Source: Candidatus Beckwithbacteria bacterium (lineage in GTDB: Bacteria; Patescibacteriota; Microgenomatia; UBA1400; CG1-02-47-37). From it: a stretch of 55,593 nucleotides of DNA. The stretch is taken from assembly GCA_043803225.1 (NCBI GenBank), contig JAZDKF010000047.1:1-55593 (forward strand), written 5' to 3'. Positions 6,461 to 14,479 of the stretch are shown in pieces. The notes under the pieces were generated by a model. That model made no database searches. It was not told where the DNA came from and worked only from the letters and a program-made list of their open reading frames with translations. Both the position numbers and the translations under genes were made by a program. Position 1 is the stretch's first letter, and each line of letters starts with the position of its first letter.

Positions 6461-7669
6461 TCGAAGCCGGCGGTGGAGTTTTTGGGCAAAACGGTGAGAC
6501 TCGTTTCTTAAATGCTGGAGCAGATGGGTGGCGGGTGACTTGGGCAAAAGGTTTAAGGACTTTTCCGGCAGACAAAGATGGTCAGGATGTTTAGCTAAAC
6601 CGATAATAGGAATGTTCCAGGGAATTGTTTTGGCGGCAATTTTAACCTGATTTTTACCGCCGTCGATTAAAATAAGATTGGGAATCCCCCACTCTTGATG
6701 TTTAACTCTCCGGCTTAAAACTTCCTCAAGCATTTTTAGATCATTCGGGGTGGAAAGGGAACGGATTTTAAAGTAGCGGTACTGATCCGGAGCCGGCCGG
6801 CCGTTTTGAAATACAACCATAGAACCGGTCGGATCTTTGCCCTGAAGATTACTAATATCATAGGCCTCGATTCTGGTTAAGGGATAGTTTGAGGACAGCT
6901 TAAAGAACGGTTTAATTAGACGTCTTAATTGCAGGAGCTGCTCGTTAAGCCGATCGGCGGTCAATTGGGGCAAAGGCGAGTCTGGCTGAAGCTTAAGTTG
7001 ATTTAGAACCGCCAAGTGATTTAATTGATTTCTAAAAATAATAGCCTGTTCATAGTTTTTTGCTTTAACCGCCAGTTTAAGCTTGGCTTTAATTTGGCGG
7101 ATTAGAAGAGATTTTTTACCTTTGAACAGAAGTTTCAACTGCTTAATAGTTTCTTGATATTGAGTAGGAGAAATTTGATTCAAACAAGCTCCGGAACAAA
7201 GATTCAAATGAAAATAAAAGCAGGGATAGCCTTGATTAGGCCGATCACAGTAGAGAAAAATCGACCGGAGAATTTTAAGTATGGCTGATAATTGACGATG
7301 AGATGGAAACGGGCCAAAATCACCTTTTTGACGGGTAAAGACTAGACGAGGATAGACTTCTTGGGTAAAAGACAGATAAAGCCGGGAACGATCATCCTTC
7401 AGGAGTAAGTTGTATTTTGGCTGGTAAGTTTTAATCAATTCAGCTTCAAGCAAAAGAGCTTCAAATTCACTGTCAGTGGAGCGGGTTTTAAATTTAACCG
7501 CCTGATTTAACATTACGGTTGTTTTTGGATTTTGGGCAGTAATTAACCGATAGCTTTTTAGCCGATTTATTAAATTTTTAGCCTTACCAACATAAATAAC
7601 TTGATTGGTTTGATTTAAAAACCAATAAACACCGGGTCGGGTGGAAACTTGGCTTAGTTTTTTAAACAT
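6440..7669 (-). CDS. uvrC: Excinuclease ABC subunit C (short form)
   Basis: PGVYWF..YVGKAKNL GIY-YIG domain, UVR coil, IEAYDISN and LILIDGG RNase H-like domain. Confidence 0.9.
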   Translation of the reverse strand: MFKKLSQVSTRPGVYWFLNQTNQVIYVGKAKNLINRLKSYRLITAQNPKTTVMLNQAVKFKTRSTDSEFEALLLEAELIKTYQPKYNLLLKDDRSRLYLSFTQEVYPRLVFTRQKGDFGPFPSHRQLSAILKILRSIFLYCDRPNQGYPCFYFHLNLCSGACLNQISPTQYQETIKQLKLLFKGKKSLLIRQIKAKLKLAVKAKNYEQAIIFRNQLNHLAVLNQLKLQPDSPLPQLTADRLNEQLLQLRRLIKPFFKLSSNYPLTRIEAYDISNLQGKDPTGSMVVFQNGRPAPDQYRYFKIRSLSTPNDLKMLEEVLSRRVKHQEWGIPNLILIDGGKNQVKIAAKTIPWNIPIIGLAKHPDHLCLPEKSLNLLPKSPATHLLQHLRNESHRFAQKLHRRLRLKNFTL

Positions 7670-10503
7670 TTTTTTAAATACTTGCCAGTATAAGAATGCA
7701 GATTCAGGCTGACTGTTTGAGGCGTGCCAAAGGCAACCAGTTGACCGCCTTGATCACCGCCTTCAGGACCCAGATCAATAATCCAATCAGCGTTTTTAAT
7801 TACATCTAAATTATGTTCAATGACAATAACGGTATTGCCTTGATTAACCAGTTGTTTTAAGACGGTTAAGAGTTTATTAAGATCTTCAAAGTGCAGGCCA
7901 GTAGTTGGCTCGTCTAATAAATAAAGCGTGTGGCCCCGATTTTTTATTGCCAGTTCTTTGGCAAGTTTAACCCGTTGAGCCTCACCGCCGGAAAGAGTCG
8001 GAGCCGGTTGACCTAAGGCAATATAACCTAAACCGACTTGCTGTAAAGTCAGGAGTTTAGGGTAAACCGGCGAGTGGTGAGGAAAAAAATCCAAGGCTTC
8101 ACTAACCGTTAAATCCAGGACTTGAGAAATGTTTTTATCCTGGTATTTAACTTCTAAAGTTTGCTGATTATATCTTTTACCCTGACAGACTTCGCAAGTG
8201 ATATAGACATCAGGCATAAACTGCATCTCGATTTTGACCTGGCCTTCGCCTTGGCAGGATTCACAGCGGCCGCCTTTAACATTAAAACTAAACCGGCCAG
8301 CGGTGTAACCTTTAACTTTAGCATCTTTGGTCAGGGTAAATAAATTGCGGATAAAATCAAAGGCTTTGGTGTAAGTAGCCGGATTGCTTCTGGGTGTCCG
8401 TCCGATCGGACTTTGATCAATTAAACTGACTTTGGTTAGGGTTTCCCAACCAGTTATAGCTTGATAATTATTTTTAATTTCTATATCCTGATAGTTTAAC
8501 TGAAACCGGATAGCATGATAAAGAGTGTCGTGAATTAAAGTCGATTTACCGGAACCAGATACACCGGTAATAACAATTAATTGATTTAAAGGGAAGTTAA
8601 CAGTAAGGTTTTTTAAATTATGCTGAGTACAACCGGTTAAAGTTAAGTTTAAATTTTCATCTCTTAAACAAGATGGTTGAACGGTAACTTTCTTTTTATG
8701 ATTTAGATACTGAGATGTTAAAGAATTTGTGGCCATTACCTGTTTTAGGGTGCCAGCAGCAACGATTTGGCCGCCTTGTTTACCGGCTAAAGGCCCAAAA
8801 TCAATTAAATAGTCGCTTTGAAGCATAATATCGCGATCGTGTTCAACAACAATAATCGTATTACCCAGATCCCGAAGACCTTTTAAGGTATTGATCAGAC
8901 GTTGATTATCCCGTTGGTGCAGACCAATAGAAGGTTCATCCAGGATATATAAGACTCCGGTTAAGCCAGTTCCGATCTGAGAGGCTAACCTGATTCTTTG
9001 AGCTTCCCCACCGGCTAAAGTAGAGGCTTCACGGGATAAACTCAGGTATTCCAGGCCAACAGAAAGCAGAAAGTTTAATCTTAGGGAGATTTCTTTTAAG
9101 ATTTGTTGGCCAATAGTTTTTTCTTTTTGGTTAAGCGGTGAGCAATCCAGAATTAACTGATTAATAAAAGCGTAAATATCTTTGATCGAAAGGCTGGTTA
9201 GTTCATAAATATTTAGTTTGTCGATAGTGACAGACAAGGCTTCTGATTTTAGCCTGGCTCCCAGACAACCAGGGCAGATTTCCTGGCTCATATAGCGATT
9301 AAATTCTTGGCGAATATAGTCAGAATCGGTAGTTTTATAACGACGCTCTAAGTTATTAACTAAACCTTCAAAGCCAGGAAAGCCGTATAAAACTTTTTTC
9401 TGGATTGACAAGGGAAGCTGATTCCAAGGAATAGACAGATCAATAACCTGACTTAATTTTTCCCGGAGCCAAGTACCGCTGGATAACTGAGAAGCATAGG
9501 GAATAATCGCCCCTTCAGCTAAAGTTAATCCAGGAGCAATCAGTTTATTTAAATCAATATTTTGAATTGAACCTAAACCAGTACAGGTTGGACAGGCGCC
9601 TTGAGGCGAATTAAAGGAAAATAAACGGGGTTCAAGTTCTTCCAGGCTTAAATTACAGCGTTCACAGGCGTAGTGTTCAGAATAGAGGGTATCTTGCAGG
9701 TTTTTGGGTTTTTCCGGAAAAGACAAAGAAGAATCGTTAATTTTGGCTAGGATTACCAGGCCTGCAGACAGTTTTAAACTGGTTTCAATACTTGATGATA
9801 ACCGGGTTTTTAATAGCTTTAATTCGCCCTTATCTTTAGCTTGAACTTTAGAAAACGAAAAACGTTCAATGACCGCATCAACGCTATGACGGTTGGTTTT
9901 AATTAAGGTAATATCCTCGTCAAGAGAATAGATTTGATTATCCAGCCGGAGACGCTGGATTGATTGAGCTTTTAAGTTTTTAAATAAATCTAAAAATTCG
10001 CCTTTTTTATCCCGAATAATTGGGCTTAGAAGCATAAACCGGCTAACTGCTTGATGTTTGACTGAATCAATGATTTGCTGAAAAATATGATCGGTAATCT
10101 GATCTAAGGATTGCTGACTAATCTCTTGGTGGCAATTGGGACAATGCGGCCGGCCGATTCTGGCATACAACAGCCTTAAGTAGTCGTAAATTTCTGTGAT
10201 TGTGCCGACCGTAGAGCGAGGATTATGAGAAGTAGTTTTTTGATCAATAGCAATCGCCGGAGATAAGCCTTCAATTGAATCAACATCAGGCTTATCCATT
10301 AGACCTAAAAACTGGCGGGCATAAGAACTTAAAGATTCAACATAACGACGCTGGCCTTCAGCATAGAGAGTATCAAATGCCAAAGAACTTTTACCAGAGC
10401 CAGAAAGTCCGGTAAAGACTACCAGTTGATTCTTAGGAAAGCTTAAATTAAGATTTTTCAAGTTATGCTGGCGAGCGCCTTTAATCACTATTTCTTGGTT
10501 CAT
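7654..10503 (-). CDS. uvrA: Excinuclease ABC subunit A
   Basis: Two Walker A motifs (GLSGSGKS, GVSGSGKS), zinc fingers, LSGGEAQR. Confidence 0.97.
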   Translation of the reverse strand: MNQEIVIKGARQHNLKNLNLSFPKNQLVVFTGLSGSGKSSLAFDTLYAEGQRRYVESLSSYARQFLGLMDKPDVDSIEGLSPAIAIDQKTTSHNPRSTVGTITEIYDYLRLLYARIGRPHCPNCHQEISQQSLDQITDHIFQQIIDSVKHQAVSRFMLLSPIIRDKKGEFLDLFKNLKAQSIQRLRLDNQIYSLDEDITLIKTNRHSVDAVIERFSFSKVQAKDKGELKLLKTRLSSSIETSLKLSAGLVILAKINDSSLSFPEKPKNLQDTLYSEHYACERCNLSLEELEPRLFSFNSPQGACPTCTGLGSIQNIDLNKLIAPGLTLAEGAIIPYASQLSSGTWLREKLSQVIDLSIPWNQLPLSIQKKVLYGFPGFEGLVNNLERRYKTTDSDYIRQEFNRYMSQEICPGCLGARLKSEALSVTIDKLNIYELTSLSIKDIYAFINQLILDCSPLNQKEKTIGQQILKEISLRLNFLLSVGLEYLSLSREASTLAGGEAQRIRLASQIGTGLTGVLYILDEPSIGLHQRDNQRLINTLKGLRDLGNTIIVVEHDRDIMLQSDYLIDFGPLAGKQGGQIVAAGTLKQVMATNSLTSQYLNHKKKVTVQPSCLRDENLNLTLTGCTQHNLKNLTVNFPLNQLIVITGVSGSGKSTLIHDTLYHAIRFQLNYQDIEIKNNYQAITGWETLTKVSLIDQSPIGRTPRSNPATYTKAFDFIRNLFTLTKDAKVKGYTAGRFSFNVKGGRCESCQGEGQVKIEMQFMPDVYITCEVCQGKRYNQQTLEVKYQDKNISQVLDLTVSEALDFFPHHSPVYPKLLTLQQVGLGYIALGQPAPTLSGGEAQRVKLAKELAIKNRGHTLYLLDEPTTGLHFEDLNKLLTVLKQLVNQGNTVIVIEHNLDVIKNADWIIDLGPEGGDQGGQLVAFGTPQTVSLNLHSYTGKYLKKCLKN

Positions 10504-10505
10504 AG

Positions 10506-12503
10506 TTATTTGGCTTTCATTTGGCTAATTTTATCGCGAATGACTATCGCCAGTTCAAAGTCCATTTGTTTAGCAGCTAAATTCATTCTTCTGGTTAAAC
10601 CATGAATTAAGCGAATTCTATCTGAAGGCGGATAATTTTGTGGTTTTAAGTTTGAAAGTTGTAAAACTAAAGTTAATGGAATGGTGGTTTTAGGGCGTTG
10701 GATTAATTCTTCTCGGATAGGTTTACTAATTGATTTCGGTATCAGATGATTTCTTTGATTGTATTTTTCCTGATATTTCCGGCGGCGACTAACTTCTTTA
10801 ATAGCATTTTTCATTGAATCAGTGATTTTATCTGCATACATTAAAACCAGACCATTAAGATGTCGAGCGGCCCGACCCATAGTTTGAATTAAGGCGTTAG
10901 TACTTCTTAAAAACCCTTCTTTATCAGCATCAAGAATGGCAACCAGACTGACTTCGGGTAAGTCCAAGCCTTCCCGAAGCAAGTTAATGCCAACGACAAC
11001 ATCAGCTTTACCCTGGCGCAGATCGGCTAAGATATCTGATCGATCCAAAGTGTTAACATCAGCATGGAGATATTGAACCTTAAGTTGCTGTTTTTTAGCT
11101 GTTTGATTAAGATAGTCAGTTAAAGCCTCAGCGGTTTTCTTAGTCAAAGTGGTAACCAGAGTACGTTGGTGCAAAACTTTTCGTTTTAAAATTTCTAAAG
11201 TTAAATCAGCAATTTGATTGGTTGAAGGCCGAATAATAATTTGCGGATCGGTTAAGCCGGTAGGCCGGACAAGCTGTTCAACAACTTTTGGCTGGGAGAG
11301 TGACAGTTCGTATTGATTGGGGGTGGCAGAGGTATAGATAACTAAAGGAGTCCGGCGTTGAAACTCGGTGTAAGTTAAAGGACGATTGTCTAAAGCACTG
11401 GGGAGACGGAAACCATAATCAATTAAAGTTTGTTTTCTCGACTGATCGCCGGCGTACATTCCCCTGATTTGAGGAAGAGTCATATGGGATTCATCAATCA
11501 CGGCGAGAAAATTAGGTGACTTAAATTTTTTAACATTGGCTTTAAAGTAGTCGATTAAAGTAAATGGCGGTTCCCCAGGCTTTCTTCCATCAAAATAACG
11601 GGAGTAGTTCTCAATGCCATTGGTATAACCTAAGGTGGCGATCATTTCCATATCGTTACTAACTTTTTGTTCTAAGCGATAGGCTTCAACTATTTGGCCC
11701 TTTGATTTAAAAATCTTAATTTGATTGATTAGGTCATGTTTGATTTCCTTAAGAGCTTGAGTTTGAGTAACCGGATTAGTCAGATAATGTTTAGCCGGAA
11801 ATATAACGATTCGTTTAACCGGATTACCTTTGATTTTAATTAATTCCAGAGTGTTATCTAAAAAATTCAAGTTAATAATGTCATCTTTTTCAGCCGGCCA
11901 GATGGAAACGGTTTCGCCTTTAACGCTGAAACAGCCGCGTTTCAACTCAAAGTCATTGCGGCGGTACTGGAGATCAGTTAAGCGGCTTAAAATTGCCTGA
12001 CGGTCAATTATTTGACCGCTAATCAGTTCTAAAATGGATTGACCGTATTCAACCGGTGAACCTAAGTTATAAATACAGGATACGGAAGCCACCACAATCA
12101 CATCAGGGCGGGTTAAAAGCTGAGTCGTGGCGGAAAGCCTGAGTTTGTCTATTTCATCATTAATATTGGTTTCTTTTTCGATATAGGTATCGGTTGCTGG
12201 CAGATAGGCTTCAGGCTGATAGTAATCATAATAAGAAACAAAGTAGGAAACAGCGTTATGAGGGAAAAAGTCGCGAAACTCCTGATAGAGCTGAGCGGCT
12301 AAGGTTTTGTTATGAGAAATAACCAGAGTCGGCAGTTGAGTCTGGCTGATCACATTGGCGACAGTAAAAGTTTTGCCGCTGCCAGTAACCCCAAGCAAAG
12401 TTTGATGCGGGGATCTGGCTTGAACTCCGGAAACCAAGTGTTTAATCGCCTGAGGTTGATCTCCGGTAGGAGAAAAACTGCTTTTCAGCCTGAATTTTGG
12501 CAT
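10506..12503 (-). CDS. uvrB: Excinuclease ABC subunit B
   Basis: GVTGSGKT, YYDYYQPEAY, DESH, NLLREGLD, C-terminal UVR coil. Confidence 0.97.
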   Translation of the reverse strand: MPKFRLKSSFSPTGDQPQAIKHLVSGVQARSPHQTLLGVTGSGKTFTVANVISQTQLPTLVISHNKTLAAQLYQEFRDFFPHNAVSYFVSYYDYYQPEAYLPATDTYIEKETNINDEIDKLRLSATTQLLTRPDVIVVASVSCIYNLGSPVEYGQSILELISGQIIDRQAILSRLTDLQYRRNDFELKRGCFSVKGETVSIWPAEKDDIINLNFLDNTLELIKIKGNPVKRIVIFPAKHYLTNPVTQTQALKEIKHDLINQIKIFKSKGQIVEAYRLEQKVSNDMEMIATLGYTNGIENYSRYFDGRKPGEPPFTLIDYFKANVKKFKSPNFLAVIDESHMTLPQIRGMYAGDQSRKQTLIDYGFRLPSALDNRPLTYTEFQRRTPLVIYTSATPNQYELSLSQPKVVEQLVRPTGLTDPQIIIRPSTNQIADLTLEILKRKVLHQRTLVTTLTKKTAEALTDYLNQTAKKQQLKVQYLHADVNTLDRSDILADLRQGKADVVVGINLLREGLDLPEVSLVAILDADKEGFLRSTNALIQTMGRAARHLNGLVLMYADKITDSMKNAIKEVSRRRKYQEKYNQRNHLIPKSISKPIREELIQRPKTTIPLTLVLQLSNLKPQNYPPSDRIRLIHGLTRRMNLAAKQMDFELAIVIRDKISQMKAK

Positions 12504-12532
12504 AACCTTTGATTATAAACTATAATAGGTTA

Positions 12533-13147
12533 ATGAAGCGAGCGGTGGTGTTATTAAACGGCGAATTGGCAGATACCCGATTAGTTACAAAAATAATTAA
12601 AAAATCTGATTTAATCGTTGGGGTTGACGGCGGCACTAAACAGATTTTAAATCTAAAATTAGTACCTGATTTAATTATCGGCGATCTTGATTCATTAAAA
12701 GTATTGCCTAAAGATGTTCCGTTAATCAGGTTTCCTAAAGATAAAGATAAAACAGATTCAGAATTAGCAATAGAGTTTTTAATTAAACAAGGATATCAAC
12801 AGGTTGTAATAGGTGGTTTTTTAGGCAAAAGACTAGACCATTTTGTCAGCAATATTTTAAATTTAGCCAAGTCAAAAATTCAAGTTCAAATAATTGAAGG
12901 CAGACAGATAATCTATTTTGTTAAAAATTCTTTAACAATCAAGGGAGAAAAAGGCGATTTAGTGTCATTGATTCCCCTATTAGTTGATTGTTCGGGAGTT
13001 ATTACGACCGGTTTAAAATGGCCTTTAAAGCAGGAAATTCTGAAAATAGGTTCCAGCTTGGGCATAAGCAATGAAATGACTGGAACAAAGGCAACAATTA
13101 AGTTAAAATCAGGATTGCTAATGTTAGTTCACACCAAGCGCCAGTAG
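12533..13147 (+). CDS. thiN: Thiamine pyrophosphokinase
   Basis: VGVDGG, GDLDS, KDKTDSELA, GKRLDH, GLKWPL, GISNE; TATAAT 6 nt before ATG 12533. Confidence 0.9.
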   Translation: MKRAVVLLNGELADTRLVTKIIKKSDLIVGVDGGTKQILNLKLVPDLIIGDLDSLKVLPKDVPLIRFPKDKDKTDSELAIEFLIKQGYQQVVIGGFLGKRLDHFVSNILNLAKSKIQVQIIEGRQIIYFVKNSLTIKGEKGDLVSLIPLLVDCSGVITTGLKWPLKQEILKIGSSLGISNEMTGTKATIKLKSGLLMLVHTKRQ

Positions 13148-13214
13148 CTCAGCGGATTAGAGCGAATGTCTTCGGAACATTAGGCCGTAGGTTCAAGTCC
13201 TACCTGGCGCACCA
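13138..13214 (+). tRNA. tRNA-Arg(UCG) with encoded CCA
   Basis: GCGCCAG/CTGGCGC-A-CCA; anticodon arm AATGT-CTTCGGA-ACATT. Confidence 0.93.
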
Positions 13215-13290
13215 GGGCCGTTAGCTCAGTTGGTAGAGCGGATGCCTCTTAAGCATCATGTCACAGGTTCGAGTCCTGTACGGCTCACCA
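13215..13290 (+). tRNA. tRNA-Lys(CUU) with encoded CCA
   Basis: GGGCCGT/ACGGCTC-A-CCA; anticodon arm GATGC-CTCTTAA-GCATC. Confidence 0.95.
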
Positions 13291-13302
13291 TTTTGGAAAT
13301 CG
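13289..13302 (+). repeat. att-like core, copy 1
   Basis: CATTTTGGAAATCG, includes the last two bases of the tRNA CCA. Confidence 0.7.
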
Positions 13303-13420
13303 CAGAAAAGGTTGGGGCAGCGCTGGCTGCGCCCGCCTCCGCAGACAGCGCTGCAAAGGGTAAATCGAGGGTCGCCGACAGGCGACGCAAAGAAAAAGAA
13401 AGAAGAAAAACGCAAAAATT

Positions 13421-14230
13421 TTAATGTGCTTCTATATATTTTAACATTGGTGAAATCAAACTATTACAAACAACCTGTGTTTGTTTTTCCCCAGACTGTC
13501 TGAGCAATAACTGTCCCGCTAAAAGATCTGGCTTAGTAGATGCTAAACTTTGATGAAACCAATCGGCTATTCCTGTATTTTCCCTAACATCTTCAAGGGA
13601 AGAATGTGAAGATAAACCCACTGACGAAATAACCTCTTTGGGTACGTTAATAATTCCTCTTCTCCAATCTACTTCAAAATCTCTGACTGAATATACCCTG
13701 CCTTGGCCGAAAGAGAGAACTGGAATATCACCACTTCTCAAATTAGAATCAATTGCAAGCAGAGTAATATTCATCACCGGATCGAATGCATTATGATAAT
13801 ACTGTTCAATTTCTTCAGCCGGTAAAGCCCTTCTCTGGGAAGCCCGTTCACGATCAAAAATAATTGCGTCTATAGCTTTTACGAAATCTCTTCGTGGGTT
13901 GTCTTTTGGTTTCGCTTTTGACTCAAGAACGTCCAAAGAATAACGAAGCTGTCTGTCGATTCGCGAATTCGTTAATGAATTTGTTGCAATACGATGGATT
14001 AAATCTTGCGCATATGCGAGAGGGTCAACAATTCCTTGTGCATCTCCATCTAATAAATCATCCACAAACCTAACAGGATTGTAAGCTGTACGTAATACAC
14101 GGCTACGTTCAAATCCAAAGAATGATAAAAGATATTGCCCCGTAACCATTTTAATCGCACTTGGTCTTCTTTTAACAAAATCGATCGCTTCTTTTGCGGT
14201 AAGTATTTCTATTTCAATTTCTCTCTTCAT
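13421..14230 (-). CDS. Squalene/phytoene synthase family (head-to-head isoprenoid synthase-like) protein
   Basis: AY..VRFVDDLLDG first Asp-rich motif and RDFEVDWRRGIINVPKE second motif; TG-A-TAGAAT 8 nt before ATG 14230. Confidence 0.75.
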   Translation of the reverse strand: MKREIEIEILTAKEAIDFVKRRPSAIKMVTGQYLLSFFGFERSRVLRTAYNPVRFVDDLLDGDAQGIVDPLAYAQDLIHRIATNSLTNSRIDRQLRYSLDVLESKAKPKDNPRRDFVKAIDAIIFDRERASQRRALPAEEIEQYYHNAFDPVMNITLLAIDSNLRSGDIPVLSFGQGRVYSVRDFEVDWRRGIINVPKEVISSVGLSSHSSLEDVRENTGIADWFHQSLASTKPDLLAGQLLLRQSGEKQTQVVCNSLISPMLKYIEAH

Positions 14231-14394
14231 AATGTACAATTCTATCAATTAATTGCTGGCGTAGCCAGCAAATAAAGTCGCGCGCGTTGAAAATAAGCGT
14301 GGCCGCAGGCCGAGCTTTCAGATAATGCGGCGGCTGGGTGCGGTCAGCCGCCGCTACCTTTGAAATACGTTCGAATTTGTTTGAAAACGTTCAA

Positions 14395-14408
14395 CATTTT
14401 GGAAATCG
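14395..14408 (+). repeat. att-like core, copy 2
   Basis: CATTTTGGAAATCG, identical to 13289-13302, followed by similar AG-rich/GGGG sequence. Confidence 0.7.
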
Positions 14409-14479
14409 AAAGAGGATTGGGGGGAGTAAAGTTGTCTTAGGATATGCAAAAGTGGTATAGTGGGCCGGAAGGCGCATTT

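Larger units (their letters stand above)
13289..14408 (-). mobile_element. Degenerate integrative element at the tRNA-Lys(CUU) 3' end (recombinase deleted, cargo retained)
   Basis: 14-bp direct repeat CATTTTGGAAATCG at both ends, the first overlapping the tRNA CCA; recombinase-tail-like frames at both junctions; GC-rich hairpins; single cargo gene. Confidence 0.65.

Noticed and set aside
13221-13503. ORF-track entries 13221-13415, 13230-13424 and 13258-13503
   Set aside because: They run through tRNA-Lys and the GC-rich element end, with no credible start signals. They are shadow frames.
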